Source of the DNA: an uncultured Chloroflexia bacterium
GTDB lineage: Bacteria; Chloroflexota; Limnocylindria; Limnocylindrales; CSP1-4
NCBI GenBank assembly: GCA_963813335.1
Contig: CAWEYL010000001.1
Location: forward strand, 224,001-288,000
DNA: 64,000 bases
Direction of reading: 5' to 3'
Position 1 is the stretch's first letter; each line of letters opens with the position of its first letter. Below the pieces are notes generated by a model, which saw nothing but the letters and a program-made list of their open reading frames with translations, was not told the DNA's origin and ran no database searches. Shown here piece after piece: positions 53,830-64,000 of the stretch. The translations under genes and the position numbers were made by a program.

Positions 53830-53905
53830 CCCGCACCACGGGCGTGTCAGCAGCCGACCCGGACTTCCGCCAGACTGACCCGAACACCTGAGGAGGAGCG
53901 AGCCC

Positions 53906-54211
53906 ATGGGGATGGCGAATCTGCAGCGGATGGCCCAGCAGATGCAGCAGGAGATGCTGCGGGTCCAGACTGAGCTGGAAGCGACGATCGTCGACGGCTC
54001 CGCCGGCGGCGGCGTCGTCACGGCCCAGGCGACCGGCAAGCAGGAGCTGGTCAGCATCACCATCGACCCCTCGGCGGTCGACCCGTCCGACGTCGAGATG
54101 CTCCAGGACCTGGTCCTCGCCGCCGCCAACGACGCCCTTCGTGCCTCGCGCGAGCTCGCCGAGCAGAAGATGGCGGCGGTGACCGGCGGGATGCGCATCC
54201 CGGGGATGTAG
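53906..54211 (+). CDS. ybaB: YbaB/EbfC nucleoid-associated protein
   Basis: AQQMQ, GSAGGGVV, DVEMLQDLVLAA; GAGGAGG RBS; dnaX-recR context. Confidence 0.95.
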   Translation: MGMANLQRMAQQMQQEMLRVQTELEATIVDGSAGGGVVTAQATGKQELVSITIDPSAVDPSDVEMLQDLVLAAANDALRASRELAEQKMAAVTGGMRIPGM

Positions 54212-54224
54212 GGCTCGCCCCAAC

Positions 54225-54843
54225 GTGGCCACGCCCCTCATCGAACCTGTCGCCCGGCTCATCGAGTCGTTCGCGCGCTTGCCCGGGATCGGCCCGAAGA
54301 CCGCCCAGCGCCTGACCTACCACCTGCTGCGGGCCCCAGATGCGGAGGCACGGGCGCTCGCGGCGGCGCTCATCGACGTCCGTGACAAGGTCGTCTTCTG
54401 CGAGCGCTGCTTCAACATCAGCGAGGCGGCGCTCTGCGCGATCTGCCGGGATCCTGCCCGCGACCAGACCCGGCTGTGCGTGGTCGAGGAGCCGCTCGAC
54501 GTGCTGGCCCTCGAGCGCACGGGTGAGTTCAAGGGGCTGTACCACGTCCTGCACGGCGCGATCTCGCCGATCGACGGCATCGGCCCGGACCGACTGCGGA
54601 TCCGCGAGCTGCTCGCCCGCGCCGACGACGCGAAGCGCGACGGCGACGCCGTTCGACGAGGTCATCGTCGCCACCAACCCGACCCTCGAGGGGGAGGCGA
54701 CCGCGATGTACCTGGCGGAGCGCCTCGAGTCCACCGTCGGCCTCGTCAGCCGGATCGCACGCGGCCTGCCGGTCGGCGGCGACCTCGAGTACGCCGACGA
54801 GGTCACGCTGATCCGGGCCCTCCAGGGCCGGCGGGCGGTCTGA
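54225..54843 (+). CDS. recR: Recombination mediator RecR (frame break near 54650)
   Basis: [12 protein letters not shown]4 zinc finger, [34 protein letters not shown]. Confidence 0.95.
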
Positions 54844-54848
54844 CCGCC

Positions 54849-55035
54849 ATGAGCAACCTCGTCTACGAGATCCTGCTCCGGCTCGCCAAGGCCGGGGCCG
54901 CCGCGCTCCTCGGCCTCGTCCTCTACCTGGTGCTCACGCGGACCCTTCTCGGTGGGCGGGTCGGCGGAGCTCGCCCTGCTCTGCTGGCTGAGTGGCGCGG
55001 CGTTCATCCTGCTCGTGGAGACGAGCCCGATCTGA
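54849..55035 (+). CDS. Small two-TM hypothetical protein (frame break near 54955)
   Basis: MSNLVYEILLRLAKAGAAALLGLVLYLVL then SAELALLCWLSGAAFILLVETSPI in the next frame. Confidence 0.55.
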
Positions 55036-55152
55036 GCGCGGCCGGGGTCGTTTGACGGAACTCCGGGGCCGCCCCTACCATTCGCCCTCGTGCCACCCCA
55101 CGGGGTGCGCGCGGAACGGGTCGCCGGTCCCCGGTGGCCCTCGGTCGCTGGT

Positions 55153-55234
55153 TTGACACCAGGGCCGCCAAGCCCCATCATTCGGGGTCTGCGCCGCAGG
55201 CCGTTTCGCCTTGGACGCTGCACCTTAACAACTG
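55153..55234 (+). promoter_or_regulatory. rRNA operon promoter and boxA-like antitermination site
   Basis: TTGACA-17-CATCAT; GCACCTTAACAACTG at 55220-55234, repeated exactly in the spacer at 57451-57465. Confidence 0.75.
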
Positions 55235-55316
55235 AAGAGTGACAGGAAATCCGTGATAAGGATGTGCGAGTGGTCGAACCCTCGGAACGAAGTCGCCATC
55301 GCAAGATGGCGCGTTT

Positions 55317-56819
<1,503 letters not shown>

Positions 56820-57076
56820 GGGAGATCCGAGTCTCGACCTTTTGGTGGGGTCGAGGCGTTGATGGCTCCTAGGGTTGATCGCCCGGTCGCTCGAGTCTTC
56901 CCCGCCAGGTGGAGCTCGCTGACCCGGACCGCAAGGTCCATGTCAGAGACCGATCGCGACCTGGAAAGACACCGAAACCCATTCGGACATCCGCGTCCGG
57001 AGTTCCTGTCACTCTTCAAGGGTCAAGGTGCAGCTGCCCGCGGCGACCTCGGTCGCCAGGCATCGCTGCCCGCGGC

Positions 57077-57153
57077 GGGCGTTTAGCTCAGCTGGTTAGA
57101 GCACTGCCCTGATAAGGCAGAGGTCTCTGGTTCGAGTCCAGAAACGCCCACCA
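57077..57153 (+). tRNA. tRNA-Ile(GAT)
   Basis: CTGCC-CT GAT AA-GGCAG anticodon arm; in 16S-23S spacer. Confidence 0.96.
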
Positions 57154-57172
57154 CCACCCACCCCACCGGCGC

Positions 57173-57248
57173 GGGGACGTAGCTCAGTCGGCAGAGCATC
57201 TCCTTTGCAAGGAGAGGGTCAGGAGTTCGAGTCTCCTCGTCTCCACCA
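57173..57248 (+). tRNA. tRNA-Ala(TGC)
   Basis: TCTCC-TT TGC AA-GGAGA anticodon arm; G3-U70 pair. Confidence 0.96.
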
Positions 57249-57570
57249 GCTCTGACGTCGTGCCGGTGTCGCAAACACGAATAACGAATGATCCCAGCGG
57301 TCTCGCTTAGGCGGGCCCGACGCGGATCCAGCACCATCATCGATCCCCTGATCCGTGCCCTGTCGTCTTCGGCAGGCCACCGACCAGCGGAACGCTGGAC
57401 GAGGGAACGGCTTCGGCCGGCCCTTCGGGAGGTCCGTCTTCGGGCGGGCCGCACCTTAACAACTGGAATGTGTTTCGGCAGATTGAAGATCTTCGATTTC
57501 GCCGAGTAGTCAAGGAAATGATCCCGATCGATCCCGTCCGCGACTGACCACCTGGTCAGAGGCTGGAGGG

Positions 57571-60638
<3,068 letters not shown>

Positions 60639-60791
60639 TCTTCAGCAACTGACCAGGGGTCAGTGGCTGGGATGATCGTGATCATCCATCCTTGACGACT
60701 CTGAGATCGAAGATCTCCTTGGCGCCCCGCGTGCGTCCCTCGTGGACCTCGCGTCGAGCCGCTGCCGAACACGAACCAGTACGCAGAAGAT

Positions 60792-60907
<116 letters not shown>

Positions 60908-60986
60908 GTTTTTGCGTTTCCGGGGGTCACCACGACGGTCCCGATCGACGGGACCCGCTGGGCCCCTCGGCTATCCTTCCTGAACC

Positions 60987-61817
60987 ATGACCGCCGATCC
61001 GCACGTCCCGGATGCGCCTGACGCTGCCGCCGATCCGCCGACCGTGTCCGCCGATCCGGCCACGGCGCCAGCGGCAGCCGTCGCGCGCGCGATCGATCCG
61101 GTCAAGACCATCTGCCCGTACCTGCTGTCCGCGGACGGGGCCTGGCGGAGCTCGACCGCGGCCCGCGAGCACCGCTGCACCGCAGTCTCGCCGCCAGCTC
61201 CGCTCGCCGCCGAGAAGCAGCGCCGGCTCTGCCTGACCGTCTCCCATGGCGCGTGCGCCACCTACGTCGCGGCGATGGAGGCGCGCACGGACGGACATCG
61301 CGAGACGCCGACCCGACGCCCGGTCTCCCGCACGACCCCGGTCGTCCTCGACCACAGCCGCCTGGCCGTCGCCATCCCGGCCATGAGCCGCTCCCCGTCG
61401 GTCGGGCAGGCTGCGCTCGTCGCCCTGCTCGCGGTCGCCTTCGTCGCCGTCCTGGTGGCTCGCCTCGCGTCCGGCGGCGGTTCATCGCCCGGCGGGCTCG
61501 TGTCGCAGGGGTCCCCGACGCCCGCCGCGCAGGCGACGGAAGGTGCCGCGGCGACCCACGCCGCGACCCCGAAGCCGAGCGCGCGCGCGACCCCCGTCCC
61601 GCAGGAGACCGTCGAGCCGAGCCCGACCCTGGTGCCGACCGAGGTCAGCCCGAGCCCGTCCGCCAGCGACCGACCGGCCACCTATATCGTGAAGCGCGGC
61701 GACACCCTGAGCGGGATCGCCGCCACCTTTGGGACGACGGTGAAGAAGCTGGTCGCCCTGAACAAGATCGCCGACCCCTCGAAGCTGCACGTCGGCCAGG
61801 TCCTGAAACTGCGCTGA
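60987..61817 (+). CDS. Membrane protein with N-terminal Cys cluster and C-terminal LysM domain
   Basis: CPYL..HRC..LC....H..C; single TM; Pro/Thr stalk; [16 protein letters not shown]....LHVGQVL. Confidence 0.9.
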   Translation: MTADPHVPDAPDAAADPPTVSADPATAPAAAVARAIDPVKTICPYLLSADGAWRSSTAAREHRCTAVSPPAPLAAEKQRRLCLTVSHGACATYVAAMEARTDGHRETPTRRPVSRTTPVVLDHSRLAVAIPAMSRSPSVGQAALVALLAVAFVAVLVARLASGGGSSPGGLVSQGSPTPAAQATEGAAATHAATPKPSARATPVPQETVEPSPTLVPTEVSPSPSASDRPATYIVKRGDTLSGIAATFGTTVKKLVALNKIADPSKLHVGQVLKLR

Positions 61818-61832
61818 CCGGCGTCCCGCGCG

Positions 61833-62709
61833 TCAGCGCTGGCAGCCCCGGCAATACGACGTGATGAACCCGCCCGCGCGGACCTCGGTGATCTTCGTCC
61901 CACACCTGGGGCACGCCTGGCCGCCCTTGTCATGGACGGCCAGGAAGTCGCGGACCTGCTTCTCGAACGTCGGCGGGACCCGCGCCCGCAGGACCTCGAT
62001 CGCCGCGGCCAGGGTCGTCCGCGTCGCGTCGTAGAGCGCGTCCACCTCCTCGGCGGCCAGGCTGGACCGCTTGCGGAAGGGCAGGAGCGCGGCCGCGTGG
62101 AGGATCTCGTCGCTGTAGGCGTTGCCGATGCCGGCCACGAACGCCTGGTTCCGGAGCAGGTTCTTCAGCTCGCCGGGGTGACGCCTGATCCGCTCGCGCC
62201 AGACCTCGATGGTGAGGGCCGGGTCGTCCGCGTCGGGACCCTGTTCCTCGCCCCCCAGCCCGGCCACCGGCCGGTCGACGCCGGCCGGCTGGAGGTAGAC
62301 CTTGCCCATCTGGGTCGGGTCTCGATAGCGGACCTCGGGGGTCGCGTCGTCACGGCGGCAGCCAGGCCGCCCCCGACGTCCAGGCGGCCGCGTCGCGTGG
62401 ACCTCGGACGCGGCCGTCGAACCCGAGCACGACGGCGGTCTTGCCCGGCTGCTTCTCCTTCGGATCGGCGAGCTGGAAGCGACCGGTGAGCATCGGGTTG
62501 ACGACGATGCGGTCGCGGTCGAGGTCGACCAGCAGGAACTTGCCCCGCCGACGGACCGAGGTCACGCGCTGCCCGACGAGGGCCGCCAGCTCGGCGGGCG
62601 TGCCGCGGACCGCGAGCGGGGCGACCGCGGTCGCCGAGCGGATCGTCCGGCCGGCGAGGCCCGCATGGAACGCCTCGGCGACGACCGTCAGGTCCGGCAA
62701 TTCGGGCAC
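61833..62709 (-). CDS. Fpg/Nei family DNA glycosylase (frame break near 62350)
   Basis: MPELPD N-terminus, RRGKFL, GIGNAYSDEIL (H2TH), CPRCG..CRGCQ zinc finger. Confidence 0.92.
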
Positions 62710-62916
62710 AGTCGGCCGATCGTAGCCGATTGTTGGGCTCGGAAGGCGTGTGCTAGACTCTCCCGGCCCTCGGGGCCACCAACAGCTGAAGAGCGACGAG
62801 CCAGCCCTATCGCGCACGAAGGAGCGGACCGCGGAGTCGATCACCACGGACCACTTGATCGGATCGGAGACGGCTTGAGCGTTGCTCGGGCCGTTCGTGA
62901 TTCTGGGGCCAAATCC

Positions 62917-64000
62917 ATGACAGGAGCACCCATCAAGTTGACCGAAGACACATCGGGCGGGACCGCGCCGCAGCCGGAGGCGATTGACGCCACCGACGAA
63001 GCGACGCCAGAGACCGCCGTCGCGGTGACCACCGCCGACGAGCCCGCCACCTCGCCGGACGCCCCCGAAGCGCCCGCCGACCCCGCTCCCGACGCCATCG
63101 AGGCTGTCGCCGAGACCCCGGCCGCCGAGCCGGAGGCCGGCGGCTCGCCGAGCCGGAGGTCGTCGCCGAGCCGGAGGTCGTCGCTGCCGAGCCGGAGGTC
63201 GTCGCCGCCGAGCCGGAGGCCGTCGCCGAGCCGGCGCCCGAGCCCGTCGCCGAGACCCCGGAGCCGGACAGCGTGATCAGCGCCGACGAAGCCGCCGATG
63301 CCCCGGCCGCGGCCGAGGAAGAGGAGCCGGTCGCCGCGGTCCGCGAGCTCGGGCCCGAGCCGACGACGATGGAGGAGCTCCTCGCCGAGCAGGACTCGGA
63401 CATCAAGAGCTTCAAGCACGGCGACGTCGTCGAAGGCACCGTCGTCCGCATCGACAAGGACGAGATCCTCGTCGACATCGGTGCCAAGAGCGAAGGTGTC
63501 GTCAGCAACCGCGAGCTGTTCGGCCGCCATGGCGAGGGCCAGCCCGAGCTCAAGATCGGCGACACCGTGCTCGTGTACGTCCTCCAGCCGGAGTCGCCGG
63601 AGGGCCATGTCGTCCTCTCGCTCCGGCGCGCCGGCCTCGAGCGCAAGTGGCGCGCGATGCAGGAGCAGTTCGAGGCGGGCGTGATCATCGAGGCGCCGGT
63701 CATCGACCACAACAAGGGCGGCCTCATCGTCGACTGCGGGATCCGCGGGTTCGTGCCGATCAGCCAGATCGTCGACTTCCCGCGCCGACCGCAGAACGAC
63801 CAGCCGCGCGACGCCGCCCAGGAGATCGCGGAGAAGCTGCAGCCGTTCGTCGGCCGCAAGCTCCGGCTCAAGATCCTCGAGGTCAACCGCAAGGCCAACC
63901 GGCTCATCCTGTCCGAGAAGGTCGCCCTCTACGAGGAGCGCCGCGAGAAGCGGGACGAGCTGTTCAGCAGCCTGCAGGTCGGGCAGACCGTCAAGGGCAC
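62917..64000 (+). CDS. rpsA: 30S ribosomal protein S1 with long acidic N-terminal extension (partial; frame break near 63145)
   Basis: From 63369: MEELL..GDVVEGTVV..LVDIGAKSEG, NKGGLIVD.GIRGFVPISQ, NRLILSEK; runs off the window end. Confidence 0.92.

Noticed and set aside
53760-53830. Programmed frameshift in dnaX producing gamma and tau
   Set aside because: The break is about 20 codons from the end, with no slippery A-run, and similar breaks occur throughout the window.

Overview
High-GC bacterial chromosomal segment. The 16S rRNA features, monoderm gene content, large SRP RNA and T-box point to Chloroflexota, possibly the Limnocylindria/Ellin6529 lineage; this is inference, not a database result. 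Core content: coaX-coaBC-panB-panC, NCS2 permease, M16 peptidase, ndk, lepB, K+-independent H+-PPase, uppP, argR, greA, class I lysS, serS, a T-box-controlled trp operon with a TrpC-TrpF-TrpB triple fusion, a complete shikimate operon, pfkA, a tadA-like gene, SRP RNA, dnaX-ybaB-recR, one rRNA operon, fpg/nei and the start of rpsA. About 15 single-base frame breaks fall in otherwise intact housekeeping genes, most likely long-read assembly errors. Best leads: (1) a light-sensing cassette of a tandem-fasciclin lipoprotein, a heliorhodopsin and a CarH-type B12 photoreceptor regulator behind a palindromic operator, next to an att-bounded remnant at tRNA-Arg; (2) tRNA-Arg with a GCG anticodon together with a retained TadA homologue lacking the catalytic glutamate (HAV instead of HAE); (3) an unannotated Phe/Tyr-rich leader peptide (MSHFFYFPGPA) plus terminator ahead of the shikimate operon; (4) widespread leaderless gene starts, including a symmetric bidirectional -10 element; (5) an ~83-nt insertion in 23S domain III.
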